This document shows, one piece after another, positions 1 to 9,037 of a stretch of DNA of 38,609 bases (within the stretch, counting starts at the first letter, position 1; each line of letters begins with the position of its first letter). Below the pieces are notes generated by a model, which was given only the letters and a program-made list of their open reading frames with translations, had not been told where the DNA came from and made no database searches. A program made the position numbers and the translations under genes. Origin of the DNA: Synergistales bacterium (GTDB taxonomy: Bacteria > Synergistota > Synergistia > Synergistales > Aminobacteriaceae); NCBI GenBank assembly GCA_025997955.1, contig BNVH01000030.1, forward strand, positions 1 to 38,609, in the 5' to 3' direction.

Positions 1-70
1 GCGAACATGGCGAAATAAAACGAGAACATGTGAGCCGATATATGCGGTATGCCGAGTTTGGCAAGCGGCG

Positions 71-640
71 TTGCGGGAGAGTAGCGATTATTACACATAC
101 GGCGACTACAAAACATGGGACGATGATTTGCGCTACGAGCTTATCGACGGAGAGGCGTTTCTCATGTCCCCAGCTCCCACCACAAGACATCAGAGGTTGT
201 TATCGGACTTACACAGACAGATAGCCAATTATTTTCACGGCAAGGAGTGCGAGGTCTTTTTTGCGCCTGTGGATGTCTTTTTACCAAACGGCGACGAGGA
301 GGATGATGACGACATCGACACCATTGTGCAACCGGACATTGTGATAGTCTGCGACGAGTCGAAAGTGCGAGAAAAAGGAATATTCGGCGCGCCGGATGTC
401 GTGTTCGAGGTTTTGTCTCCGTCTACAAAGTCCCGTGACAAGGACGAAAAGCTCCGTCTTTATGAGCGCGCGGGCGTAAAGGAATATTTCATAGTCGACC
501 CACAAGAGAACATCGTCACGGCCTACCGAAGAGGCGGCTTGAATCATTTTTCTCGGAAAACGCTATACGGCGCGGCTGATACTTTGGAGTTCGACACGTT
601 CAAAGAGCTGAAAATTTCGCTTGCTGAGGTTTTTGCATAA
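71..640 (+). CDS. Uma2-family (DUF820) putative PD-(D/E)XK endonuclease. TTG start at 71. The reading frame stays open to the window edge, so the true start could lie upstream.
   Basis: The translation contains the Uma2 hallmark N-terminal YELIDGE motif and a conserved PD..(D/E)xK-like core (QPDIVIV...DVVFEVLSPST). Its ~190-aa length fits the family. Confidence 0.6.
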   Translation: MRESSDYYTYGDYKTWDDDLRYELIDGEAFLMSPAPTTRHQRLLSDLHRQIANYFHGKECEVFFAPVDVFLPNGDEEDDDDIDTIVQPDIVIVCDESKVREKGIFGAPDVVFEVLSPSTKSRDKDEKLRLYERAGVKEYFIVDPQENIVTAYRRGGLNHFSRKTLYGAADTLEFDTFKELKISLAEVFA

Positions 641-657
641 GAGTTTTTGCATAAGAG
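630..657 (+). repeat. Perfect tandem duplication of a 14-nt unit (TTTTTGCATAAGAG x2) spanning the Uma2 stop codon.
   Basis: The direct repeat occupies 630-643 and 644-657. Confidence 0.6.
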
Positions 658-661
658 TAGT

Positions 662-696
662 GGGCGAGCCTTCAAACTCGCCCTACATTGTTTTTC
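662..696 (+). terminator. Rho-independent terminator candidate downstream of the Uma2 gene.
   Basis: A 7-bp GC-rich stem (GGGCGAG, loop ccttcaaa, CTCGCCC at 662-683) is followed after 5 nt by a TTTTT run. Confidence 0.45.
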
Positions 697-706
697 TCCG
701 TAAGAC

Positions 707-2875
707 CTAAGCCCTCACTTTCGGCAGGGCTTTCTTATCCGACACCTTGCCCTTGCTGTCTTTGGGGGCGGCTTTTGATTCGTGCAGCTTGAAGCGCGAA
801 AGGACATCAGTCAGGTCTGAGGCGTATTGCGTCATAGTCTCGGACTGCTCCGCTAAGTTCTGAGCTGCCGAGGACGTCTCGTCCGCCGCGCGGCGGATGT
901 TTTCGATGGTATGCACCATTTCGACGGTCGACTTCGTGGCGCTGTCGATAGCTGTAGCTATCTCTTTGCTCGACGCGGCCTGCTCCTCGGCTACCGCTGC
1001 TATGTTCTGGATGGACTCGTTGGCCTTGTTTATCTCGTTTTTCGCGCTGCCAAGCTCCGTTTGCGCCTGTTCGGCCTGAACGAGCGTTTCTACCAAAAGA
1101 CGCCCCGCTTCCGTCGTGGCCTTGATGCTCGCTTGGGCTCCGGTCTGGAGTTCGATGATGATGCCATTGACGTTCTGAGCGGCGCGGGCTGACTCTTCAG
1201 CGAGTTTACGCACTTCCTCCGCGACGACCGCGAAGCCTCGGCCCACTTCGCCGGCTCTTGCCGCTTCGATGGCGGCGTTCAGGGCCAAGAGGTTTGTCTG
1301 GTCGGCTATACCCGTAATGACCGATACGAAACCGCTGACGTTTTGAACCGAATCCACGAGCTGGCGTGTCTTGGCCTCGCTCTCCTTGGAGTTTTTATCC
1401 ACGTTGCGCATACCTGCTATTACGGCGTCGACGGTCGCTATGGCCTTGCTCGACGCGTCCGTAGTCTGGGACAAGAAAGCGGCGCTGTCGGTGGCCGACT
1501 GCGCTACCGTATCCGCGCCGGCGCTCATCTCCTCTACGCCCGCGTTGCTCTGCTCTAATGCCTCGCCATTGGATTCGCTCAACGTCGAGACTTGATCTAT
1601 TGAGGCCTTTACTTCTTCCATGGAGGCGTTGGTTTCCTCAGAAATAGAGGACAGATTATTGGCGCTGGCCGACAAGTCCCTCGCGACGCCCACGACGTCT
1701 TTCATACTGCTTTCCTGAGACGCGACCATATCTGACAGCGCGACGGCCATCTGTCCAAGCTCGTCCTTGCCCTTGTAGCCGAAGTCCTCAAACGCTATCG
1801 TGAGATCTCCGTCCCCGGCGCGCTTGGCCAAACTAACGATTACGCCAAGAGGTTTCGATATGCTGCGCGCTATAACGAACGCTATCAGCAAACCGAACAC
1901 GATGGATACAGCGCCCGCCGCGTAGAGGGCGCGCACAGAACCGGCCAAATTCTTGACGTTTTCATTCGACACTTCCTGGACTCGTTGAGAGGCGAGCGTC
2001 GACGCGTTGCTGCTCTCGACGTTAAATGACGCCATAAGAGGCCCGCGAGCCTTTGTTAGATCGTTTAGGGCGACGTAGGAGGCGATGAATTCATCAATGT
2101 TGTCTCTGTAATGCTTAGCGGCATCGGCGAGAGCGCTCATAGCGGCTTTTTGCTCAGGCGTATGGGTTGACCGCGCGAGAACTTCTATACTCGCGTCTAT
2201 TGGCTTGAGCAAGGTGTCGTATGTCTGCATCCGTGCCGTATCTTTGTTGGTTATGGCTACGTTTAACAGGATGCGCAGCTGCATGAACTGAAACTGAACC
2301 TCGACGACTCTTTCCCATAAAAGGCTCAGGGCGCCGAGTTCTTCGCTACTGGCATCGTTGCCGATAGCGGCGTCCATCGCTTCCTTGTAGGTCTTCACGG
2401 CATCGGCTACGGCCTTGGTCATGGTGTTGCCGCCCTCCGTCATGACGCCCAAGATTTTATTTTTTAGGTCGGCGGCGGCGTATGTGCGGTTTACAATGTC
2501 AAGATAGTTTTTGTAGATGGGGCCTACGGTGTTTACGACATACGCGGGGGTTCTCAAATCCGGATCGGTCTTGTTTTGCGTGACTATCTGATCGTAAATC
2601 TCCTGAACTAAATTTGTCTTTGCCTTGGCGTCGGCTACGGCTTCCGCGCTCTCCGTGTACTGCACGTCTCTCACAGAAATAAAGACCTCGTACGCCCTAC
2701 GCTCAAGCTCTGTGCCGTTCAATAGGCTCAAGACGACCTTGTCGCTCATGAAGCGCGTATTTCGATCCGTTTTGTCAATGTCATATAACGTCACGGCGAT
2801 GGCTATGGCGAAGATCAGAAGCAGTAAACCAAACCCCAAAAACAACTTCGACATTATCTTGATATTTTTCCACAT
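707..2875 (-). CDS. Methyl-accepting chemotaxis protein: N-terminal TM, ~290-aa periplasmic sensor region, second TM, HAMP, MCP signalling domain.
   Basis: The translation has two hydrophobic segments, a HAMP-like region, and the highly conserved MCP signalling core ([35 protein letters not shown]). GGGGG RBS at 2887-2891. Confidence 0.9.
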   Translation of the reverse strand: MWKNIKIMSKLFLGFGLLLLIFAIAIAVTLYDIDKTDRNTRFMSDKVVLSLLNGTELERRAYEVFISVRDVQYTESAEAVADAKAKTNLVQEIYDQIVTQNKTDPDLRTPAYVVNTVGPIYKNYLDIVNRTYAAADLKNKILGVMTEGGNTMTKAVADAVKTYKEAMDAAIGNDASSEELGALSLLWERVVEVQFQFMQLRILLNVAITNKDTARMQTYDTLLKPIDASIEVLARSTHTPEQKAAMSALADAAKHYRDNIDEFIASYVALNDLTKARGPLMASFNVESSNASTLASQRVQEVSNENVKNLAGSVRALYAAGAVSIVFGLLIAFVIARSISKPLGVIVSLAKRAGDGDLTIAFEDFGYKGKDELGQMAVALSDMVASQESSMKDVVGVARDLSASANNLSSISEETNASMEEVKASIDQVSTLSESNGEALEQSNAGVEEMSAGADTVAQSATDSAAFLSQTTDASSKAIATVDAVIAGMRNVDKNSKESEAKTRQLVDSVQNVSGFVSVITGIADQTNLLALNAAIEAARAGEVGRGFAVVAEEVRKLAEESARAAQNVNGIIIELQTGAQASIKATTEAGRLLVETLVQAEQAQTELGSAKNEINKANESIQNIAAVAEEQAASSKEIATAIDSATKSTVEMVHTIENIRRAADETSSAAQNLAEQSETMTQYASDLTDVLSRFKLHESKAAPKDSKGKVSDKKALPKVRA

Positions 2876-2949
2876 GTGAAACGATTCCCCCTTTTAGAAG
2901 TGTATAGAATGAATTGCGTTAAAAAATTATAAAATTATAAAAATATAAA

Positions 2950-2990
2950 ATTATACAAAAATTACTATCAATTCTAACCTTTTTTGTCAA
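2950..2990 (-). promoter_or_regulatory. Sigma70-like promoter for MCP gene 1 in an AT-rich repeat-containing intergenic region.
   Basis: Minus-strand reading gives TTGACA (2985-2990), a 17-nt spacer, then TAGTAAT (2961-2967). An extended -10-like TGTATAAT lies at 2950-2957. The region carries repeated AAAATTATA motifs. Confidence 0.45.
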
Positions 2991-3019
2991 AAGAGACAAG
3001 ACGCGCGAAGCGCATTTGG

Positions 3020-5116
3020 TCAAGATTTGAGCTTGAACTTGGAAAGCACGGCTGTTAGGCTCGCGGCGTGCTCGTTTATAGCCTCCGACTGTTCCGCCAC
3101 GCCATGCGCTGTCTGAGCCGTCTCGTCCGTAGCGCTTCGTATGTTTCCGAGCGTGCCCACCATCTGCATCGTCGATTTAGTGGCGCTGTCGATGGCCGTC
3201 GCTATCTCCTTGCTGGACGCCGCCTGCTCCTCGGCCACTGACGCTATGTGCTGTATGGCGTCATTGGCCTTGTTTATTTCTTTGAGCGTATCGTCAAGCT
3301 CCGACTGAGCCAGCTCGGCCTGAGTGAGGGTCTCCGCCAAGAGTCTCCCGGCCTCCGTGGTGGCCTTTATGCTCTCTTGGGCTCCGCTCTGAAGCTCCGT
3401 GATAATATTGTTGACGTTTTGAGCGGCCCTTGCGGACTCCTCGGCGAGCTTCCTGACCTCCTCCGCCACGACGGCGAAGCCTCGCCCCACCTCCCCGGCG
3501 CGCGCGGCCTCAATAGCGGCGTTGAGCGCCAAGAGGTTTGTCTGGTCTGCTATGCCGGTTATGACGGAGACGAAACTGCTGACGTTTCCGACGGACGCCA
3601 CAAGCTGGCGCGTCTTGGCCTCGCTTTCCTTGGAGTTTTTGTCCACATCGCGCATACCGCGGATAACCGAGCCCATAGTGTTTATGGCCTTATGAGATAC
3701 CTTGGTGGTCTCTGATATGGATGCCGCGCTGTCGGTGGCGGAGCGAGCCATGGTATCCGCGCCCGCGCTCATCTCCTCGACGCCGGCGTTGCTTTTTTCC
3801 AAGGTGGCGCCGTTGGCTTCGCTGAGGTTGGTCACCTGCGCGATGGAGGTTTTTATTCCTTCCATTGAAGTGTTCGTCTCATCAGAAATGGCCGACAGGT
3901 TTTGCGCCCCCTCCACCAAGTTTTTGGCCACCTTCACAACGTCTTCCAGAGTTGTTTCTTGCGATTCTATCATGTTTGAAAGGGCGTTCGCCAAAAGCCC
4001 AAGCTCGTCTTTTTTGTCCTTGCACCGAAATTCGCTTCTCGTCATGGTGAGGTCCCCCTCCCCGGCGCGGTGCGCGAGGTCTACTATCGTGTTGAGCGGG
4101 GCTGATATGCCGTGAGAAATCAGAAGCGATATGATTACGGCCAAAACGGCGGCTATACCGGCGGAGACGAACATTATAAACATGGTTCTGCCGATGGCGT
4201 CCTTGTTGTCCTCGGATGTTTCCACGACGTTCGCTTGCGAGATGGAGCTGACGGTCACTGATTCATCGTTGATTTGTTTCAGCATCGCGGCGCGCGATAT
4301 GTCTAAACTATTTGCCTCGGTGAACGCCTTTATATAGTCTTGCAGGGTGGCTTGAAAAATTTTGGCCTCGTCCGCCGCCTTCTCCGTCAGATCTTTTTGT
4401 GTTTTGTCCGTAAGCGACGCTTTGAAGTCCGAGATTGCCTTGACCACATTTTTCGTCCCATTGAGCGCCGTGTTTAGCAGCGTAGCGTCGTCGTTGGCCA
4501 CAGCTTGTTGCATATCACGCCTAAGGGTTTGAATCGCGCTGACCGCAACCACTCCATCCCTGTATTGTTTGATTCTGAACGGTATTTCCACTTTCCTTAC
4601 GCGCAGCGCTGTATCAAGGGCTTCACCCAAAGATGACAGGACATCGGACGCGGAGGAGTACATACTTTCGGCGTGCCGCATCATAGAGCGATACAGCTCT
4701 TCTTCTTTGGCGTTGGCCTCCATGCTCTTGACTATCAAATCCGAGTAACTCTTATAAAGAGGAACGATCTTTTCCTGAACCTGTTTTGGGGTGACGAGCA
4801 ACGGATGAGCGGCGCCGAACGCCGCTATGTCGTCAAAGGTCTTTTGTAGTTCGTCCATAGCCGACCTTACAGCTTTGATGGGCTCTTCGCCACTTGTGTG
4901 CTGCATAATCTGCATGGCCAGCGCCAAATCGTGAAACTTTCGCTCCATTGCCACGGTCTTCTCCATGACAGGAGCGACCTCTTTTGACAAGTGGTCACTG
5001 CTCTTGTTGACCCTCGACATGCGACCTTCCGCTATGAATATCGTCGCCAAAAAAATCACCAAAAGCAGACCGAACCCCAAAAGCATTTTCGACTTGATCC
5101 TGATATTTCCCCACAT
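3020..5116 (-). CDS. Methyl-accepting chemotaxis protein, tandem paralogue of the upstream MCP. Start chosen at ATG 5116 ([10 protein letters not shown]...) rather than the longest ORF start at 5134.
   Basis: It has the same architecture as MCP 1 and an identical signalling-core motif. Its N-terminus [22 protein letters not shown] parallels [22 protein letters not shown] of MCP 1. A GGGGGAAG RBS lies 8 nt upstream of ATG 5116. Confidence 0.9.
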   Translation of the reverse strand: MWGNIRIKSKMLLGFGLLLVIFLATIFIAEGRMSRVNKSSDHLSKEVAPVMEKTVAMERKFHDLALAMQIMQHTSGEEPIKAVRSAMDELQKTFDDIAAFGAAHPLLVTPKQVQEKIVPLYKSYSDLIVKSMEANAKEEELYRSMMRHAESMYSSASDVLSSLGEALDTALRVRKVEIPFRIKQYRDGVVAVSAIQTLRRDMQQAVANDDATLLNTALNGTKNVVKAISDFKASLTDKTQKDLTEKAADEAKIFQATLQDYIKAFTEANSLDISRAAMLKQINDESVTVSSISQANVVETSEDNKDAIGRTMFIMFVSAGIAAVLAVIISLLISHGISAPLNTIVDLAHRAGEGDLTMTRSEFRCKDKKDELGLLANALSNMIESQETTLEDVVKVAKNLVEGAQNLSAISDETNTSMEGIKTSIAQVTNLSEANGATLEKSNAGVEEMSAGADTMARSATDSAASISETTKVSHKAINTMGSVIRGMRDVDKNSKESEAKTRQLVASVGNVSSFVSVITGIADQTNLLALNAAIEAARAGEVGRGFAVVAEEVRKLAEESARAAQNVNNIITELQSGAQESIKATTEAGRLLAETLTQAELAQSELDDTLKEINKANDAIQHIASVAEEQAASSKEIATAIDSATKSTMQMVGTLGNIRSATDETAQTAHGVAEQSEAINEHAASLTAVLSKFKLKS

Positions 5117-5144
5117 TTCTAAATCTTCCCCCAATATTCTAATA

Positions 5145-5174
5145 ATTGTAAAAGTTTAATTAAACAAAGTGTAA
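5145..5174 (-). promoter_or_regulatory. Sigma70-like promoter for MCP gene 2 (-35 TTACAC at 5169-5174, -10 TACAAT at 5145-5150, 18-nt spacer). The spacer contains a perfect 12-bp palindrome GTTTAATTAAAC (5154-5165).
   Basis: Hexamers were read off the minus strand. The palindrome was verified by reverse-complementing it. Confidence 0.4.
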
Positions 5175-5290
5175 CATTCAGGGCAAGAAGGGGCAAGCGA
5201 ATAAAATTCAATCCAAAGGCTTATGACAGAAAACAAAAATCGTGATAAGCTGAATAAAAATAAATTTCTGAGAAATTCGGAGGACTAATA

Positions 5291-6331
5291 TTGAGCGTTT
5301 CGATAACCATTGCCGACATCGAAAAAAAATTCTCCGCCTTTCAGGCGCTGAGCGGCGTAAGTTTAAAATGTCCAGCCGGGACGTTCACCGCCATCTTGGG
5401 GCCGTCCGGCTGCGGCAAGACTACGCTTTTGCGCTTGCTCGCCGGTTTTGACAAGCCCACAGCGGGGGAGATTCGCTTTGACGACGAGGTCGTGTCCTCC
5501 GCGCGTTACAGCTTGCCCACGGAGTCGCGCGACCTTGGGATGGTCTTTCAGTCTTTCGCTCTTTGGCCTCATATGACCGTCATAGAACATGTTCTTTTTA
5601 CCTTCAAGCACAGGGGAATAAAGAGAGATAAGGCGGAGGCTTTGAAGATTCTTCACTCTCTTGAGCTCGACACTCAAGCCGAAAAGCGCCCGGCGCAACT
5701 GTCAGGCGGACAAAGACAGCGAGTGGCCTTAGCCCGCGCTATAGCCGGAAACCCCGGGACGCTTTTGATGGACGAGCCCCTTTCGAGCCTCGACGCGGAG
5801 CTTAGAATCGGCATGAGGCGCGAAATATCGGCTCTCCACCGCGCGAGAGGCTCAACTGTGGTCTACGTCACGCACGACCAGGAGGAAGCGATGGCGATGG
5901 CTGACCGCGTCGTCGTTATGAATAAAGGGCAAATCAAGCAAATAGGCGCTCCCAAAGACGTCTACGCTACACCCAAGTCGCGGTTTGTGGCGCGGTTTGT
6001 CTCAAAGGCAAACTTAGTGCGCGGACAATGGGAGGGAGACCGTTTTCGTCCGGAGGGTACGGAGGGCGTGTCTTGGCTGGGCGAGCTTTTGAAAGACGCT
6101 TGGACAAGTCGGGGATGCTACCCTGTCAGGCCGGAACAGTTCGTGTTATCGGGCAGCGGAAACGGGATAGAGGCGGAGGTCGAGTCCGTTCAGTATCAGG
6201 GCCGCGAGATTCACGTGACCTTTAGGGTCTCTCAAGGGGTTTGGAAGGCTTATATGCCCTCTGACGTTCGCCTTGAGCATGGCCAAAAGGTCACGCTCAA
6301 CTTGGCAAACTCGCCACTCTTTAGCGCATAG
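5291..6331 (+). CDS. ABC transporter ATP-binding protein of the PotA/FbpC/MalK-like class, with a C-terminal TOBE-type domain. TTG start.
   Basis: Walker A GPSGCGKTT, ABC signature LSGGQRQRVALARA, Walker B LLMDEPLSSLD, and a ~100-aa C-terminal extension. A GGAGGA RBS lies 6 nt upstream of TTG 5291. Confidence 0.85.
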   Translation: MSVSITIADIEKKFSAFQALSGVSLKCPAGTFTAILGPSGCGKTTLLRLLAGFDKPTAGEIRFDDEVVSSARYSLPTESRDLGMVFQSFALWPHMTVIEHVLFTFKHRGIKRDKAEALKILHSLELDTQAEKRPAQLSGGQRQRVALARAIAGNPGTLLMDEPLSSLDAELRIGMRREISALHRARGSTVVYVTHDQEEAMAMADRVVVMNKGQIKQIGAPKDVYATPKSRFVARFVSKANLVRGQWEGDRFRPEGTEGVSWLGELLKDAWTSRGCYPVRPEQFVLSGSGNGIEAEVESVQYQGREIHVTFRVSQGVWKAYMPSDVRLEHGQKVTLNLANSPLFSA

Positions 6332-6419
6332 GGCAATAGTGGCGTCTAAGGCAATTTACTTGTGCAAAATATCTGTTTTTTGAGTTGCGCATGATGTATA
6401 CTTAACGAGGAAAATAGGT

Positions 6420-6890
6420 ATGAAGATTATTTCCGAATTGAAGTTTTGGCTTTTTTTGATTTTTTTCTCCTCCGTTCTCTTTGTTTTGCTGACGCCAGTT
6501 CGCCGCGTCGAATTTCTTGATAGTTCGGGAATAGTTGTATTGTCGTTTTCCGTTTATCAGGGCGAATCTTTTTCGACGGAGTATATTCACTCCGTGCAGC
6601 TTTGTCCAGTGGTGGACGAATATTGCGTGGTAGCGGGTTCTATATGGCTTAGGGAGGAGAGAACTCAATCCACAAACGCCGGTTTGCCCACGGAGGCGCC
6701 GCGCCTCGGAAGATTTATCCACGATACGCCTTGGTATCGCTACATAGGAGGACGGCGCGCTTTTCGGTCTATAGGGCTTAGGATAGGTAATGACAGAATT
6801 GGTATAAATACCCTCACCTTGCCAAACGGTGAGGTTGTTAGGCTTTATGAGCGTTTCCCCGGTAAACTCCTGACTATGCGCCTTAGATAA
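6420..6890 (+). CDS. DUF1850-family protein, a small membrane-anchored protein characteristically encoded beside TAXI-TRAP permeases.
   Basis: It has an N-terminal hydrophobic helix and ~155-aa size. Its position immediately upstream of a fused TRAP permease matches the family. GAGG RBS at 6407-6410. Confidence 0.55.
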   Translation: MKIISELKFWLFLIFFSSVLFVLLTPVRRVEFLDSSGIVVLSFSVYQGESFSTEYIHSVQLCPVVDEYCVVAGSIWLREERTQSTNAGLPTEAPRLGRFIHDTPWYRYIGGRRAFRSIGLRIGNDRIGINTLTLPNGEVVRLYERFPGKLLTMRLR

Positions 6891-6941
6891 ACGGATGGTT
6901 TTCTGAAAAGTTTAACTGTAAAATTTAGAGGAGGAGTAGGT

Positions 6942-8900
6942 ATGCCTGATCTGGAGAAGGTAGTGGGCGCGGACGCCGAACCGGTAAGCGCTATCGATGT
7001 CGAGGCTATTAAGAAGCAGTATGACAGTGAGTCGAGGTTTCGTTCGCCACATGACTGGACCGGGATAATGATCAATGTCTTGGCTGTGGCGATGTCCTGT
7101 TTTCATCTTTATACCGCGGCTAACGGACTGCTTATGGAGATGTGGCAGCGCTCGATTCACCTCTGCTTCGTCTTGGTGCTGGTATTTTTGCTCTATCCCA
7201 TGGGGAAAAAGGCCCCTAACGACCGTATTCCCTGGTACGACTATGTTCTTGCCATATTGGGGGCTTTCGCTACTCTCTACATGGTGTTTCAGTTCCACGC
7301 CATGTTGGACAGAGCCGGAATGCCCAGCGTCCTTGATTTAAGCGTGGGGTGTCTTGGGATTTTGCTTGTCCTTGAGGCCACGCGCAGGGTATCGAACCCG
7401 GTTTTGCCCATCATCGCTATATTCTTCCTGTTCTACTGTTATTTCGGGCGCTACATGCCGGCGCTTTTCCAGCACAGGGGCTATAACTTCTACCGCATAA
7501 TAAACCACATGTACCTCGGGACTGAGGGAGTTTTTGGAACGCCTCTGTCAGTGTCGGCCACGTTTGTCTTTATGTTTGTTTTGTTCGGGACTATAATTGA
7601 GCAGACGGGGCTCGGTAAATATATCATTGACCTTTCGATGGCTTTGGCCGGTTGGTCGGCGGGCGGCCCCGCTAAAGTGGCCGTCGTCAGCTCCGGCATA
7701 ATGGGGACAATATCCGGCTCGTCAGTGGCCAACGTCTGTACGACGGGCATGTTCACCATTCCCCTGATGAAGAGCGTCGGATATCAGCCGCACTTCGCCG
7801 GGGCAGTGGAGGCCGTCGCGTCCACGGGCGGACAGATAATGCCTCCCGTCATGGGAGCCGCCGCTTTCATAATGGCTCAGACGATGGGCGTTCCTTATTT
7901 GGATGTCGCCTTGGCCGCCGTGGTTCCGGCGTTGCTCTATTACATTGCCGTTATCGTTCAGGTGCATTTTGAGGCTACGCGCCTCGGACTTGTTGGCTTG
8001 CCGCGAGACCGTCTGCCCAAGCTCAAAGCCCTAATTCTTGAGAAGGGACATCTTTTGCTACCCTTAGCCGGTATAATCTACTTCCTCGTCACCGGCTACA
8101 CTCCGCTCAAGGCTGCTTATTACGGTATTCTTCTTACAATCGTAACGTCTTACGTCAAAAGAGACACCTGGCTCACCCCCGCCAAACTCTGGGAGGGACT
8201 TGTCAGCGGAGCGCGAAGCTCTCTTGGCGTGGCCTGCGCCTGCGCCACGGTTGGCGTTGTAATAGGTACGGCCACCCTCACCGGCCTTGGGTTGAAGCTA
8301 GCTCACGCTATTGTGACATTGGCCGGCGGCAGCCTCTTGCTGACGCTGTTTTTCACGATGTTCGCCTCTATCTTGCTCGGCATGGGCCTTCCCACGACGG
8401 CCAACTTCATCGTCACAAGCACAATGGCCGCCCCCGCTCTGATTCAGCTTGGTATTCCTGATATGGCCGCTTATATGTTCGTCCTTTATTTCGGTATAGC
8501 GGCAGACCTCACCCCGCCCGTGGCCTTAGCGGCCTACGCCGGAGCCGGCATAGCGGGATCTGACCCCATCAAGACTGGTATAACGGCTTGCAAATTAGCC
8601 TTGGCCGGCTTCCTCGTCCCATATATTTACGCCTACAACCCCATTTTGGTTCTTGAGAACTTCGAGGCTTTCGAGTTCACTCAGGCTGCCATAACCGCTA
8701 TAATAGGAGTTTTCCTGCTCGGTATGGCGACCATCGGCTTCTTTAAAGCGCAAGTGAACTGGCTATTCAGAGTATTGGCCCTCGGCGGCGCTCTCGGTCT
8801 GATGATTCCGGGTTGGAAGTCCGACCTCGCCGGGCTCGTTATTTTGGCCCTTATATGGTACTTTCAGACCGAGAAGGAGAAAAAGGCTATATTGGCTTGA
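6942..8900 (+). CDS. TRAP transporter fused permease subunit (TAXI-type 4TM/12TM DctQ-DctM fusion).
   Basis: 652-aa polytopic membrane protein with a DctM-like core (GGPAKVAVVSSGIMGTISGSSVANV...TGGQIMPPVMGAAAF). Strong GAGGAGGAG RBS. Confidence 0.85.
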   Translation: MPDLEKVVGADAEPVSAIDVEAIKKQYDSESRFRSPHDWTGIMINVLAVAMSCFHLYTAANGLLMEMWQRSIHLCFVLVLVFLLYPMGKKAPNDRIPWYDYVLAILGAFATLYMVFQFHAMLDRAGMPSVLDLSVGCLGILLVLEATRRVSNPVLPIIAIFFLFYCYFGRYMPALFQHRGYNFYRIINHMYLGTEGVFGTPLSVSATFVFMFVLFGTIIEQTGLGKYIIDLSMALAGWSAGGPAKVAVVSSGIMGTISGSSVANVCTTGMFTIPLMKSVGYQPHFAGAVEAVASTGGQIMPPVMGAAAFIMAQTMGVPYLDVALAAVVPALLYYIAVIVQVHFEATRLGLVGLPRDRLPKLKALILEKGHLLLPLAGIIYFLVTGYTPLKAAYYGILLTIVTSYVKRDTWLTPAKLWEGLVSGARSSLGVACACATVGVVIGTATLTGLGLKLAHAIVTLAGGSLLLTLFFTMFASILLGMGLPTTANFIVTSTMAAPALIQLGIPDMAAYMFVLYFGIAADLTPPVALAAYAGAGIAGSDPIKTGITACKLALAGFLVPYIYAYNPILVLENFEAFEFTQAAITAIIGVFLLGMATIGFFKAQVNWLFRVLALGGALGLMIPGWKSDLAGLVILALIWYFQTEKEKKAILA

Positions 8901-8905
8901 GCGAC

Positions 8906-8934
8906 TTGAGCTTTTTCGTAATATGATGTATATT
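8906..8934 (+). promoter_or_regulatory. Sigma70-like promoter candidate for cheV (-35 TTGAGC at 8906-8911, 17-nt spacer, extended -10-like TGTATATT at 8927-8934).
   Basis: The hexamers are visible in the sequence. The ATGATGTATAYT motif also precedes the DUF1850 gene (6391-6402). Confidence 0.35.
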
Positions 8935-8972
8935 ACAGGCTTAAAGCGAAATGAATATTTTGATTTGAGCCT

Positions 8973-8990
8973 GTACAAATTAATTTGCAC
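8973..8990 (+). promoter_or_regulatory. Near-perfect 18-bp palindrome GTaCAAATTAATTTGcAC in the cheV leader (perfect 12-bp core CAAATTAATTTG at 8976-8987). Candidate operator.
   Basis: Verified by reverse complement. It lies ~50 nt upstream of the cheV start codon. Confidence 0.35.
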
Positions 8991-9037
8991 GAAAATTTTC
9001 TAAAAAGCGTTAAATGTTCGGAGAGCGAGGGATTTTT

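Noticed and set aside
8976-8990. Possible sigma54 -24/-12 element around TTTGCAC upstream of cheV
   Set aside because: The -24 half (TGTACA) does not match the TGGCAC consensus, and no enhancer-binding protein gene is nearby. It is better explained as part of the palindrome.
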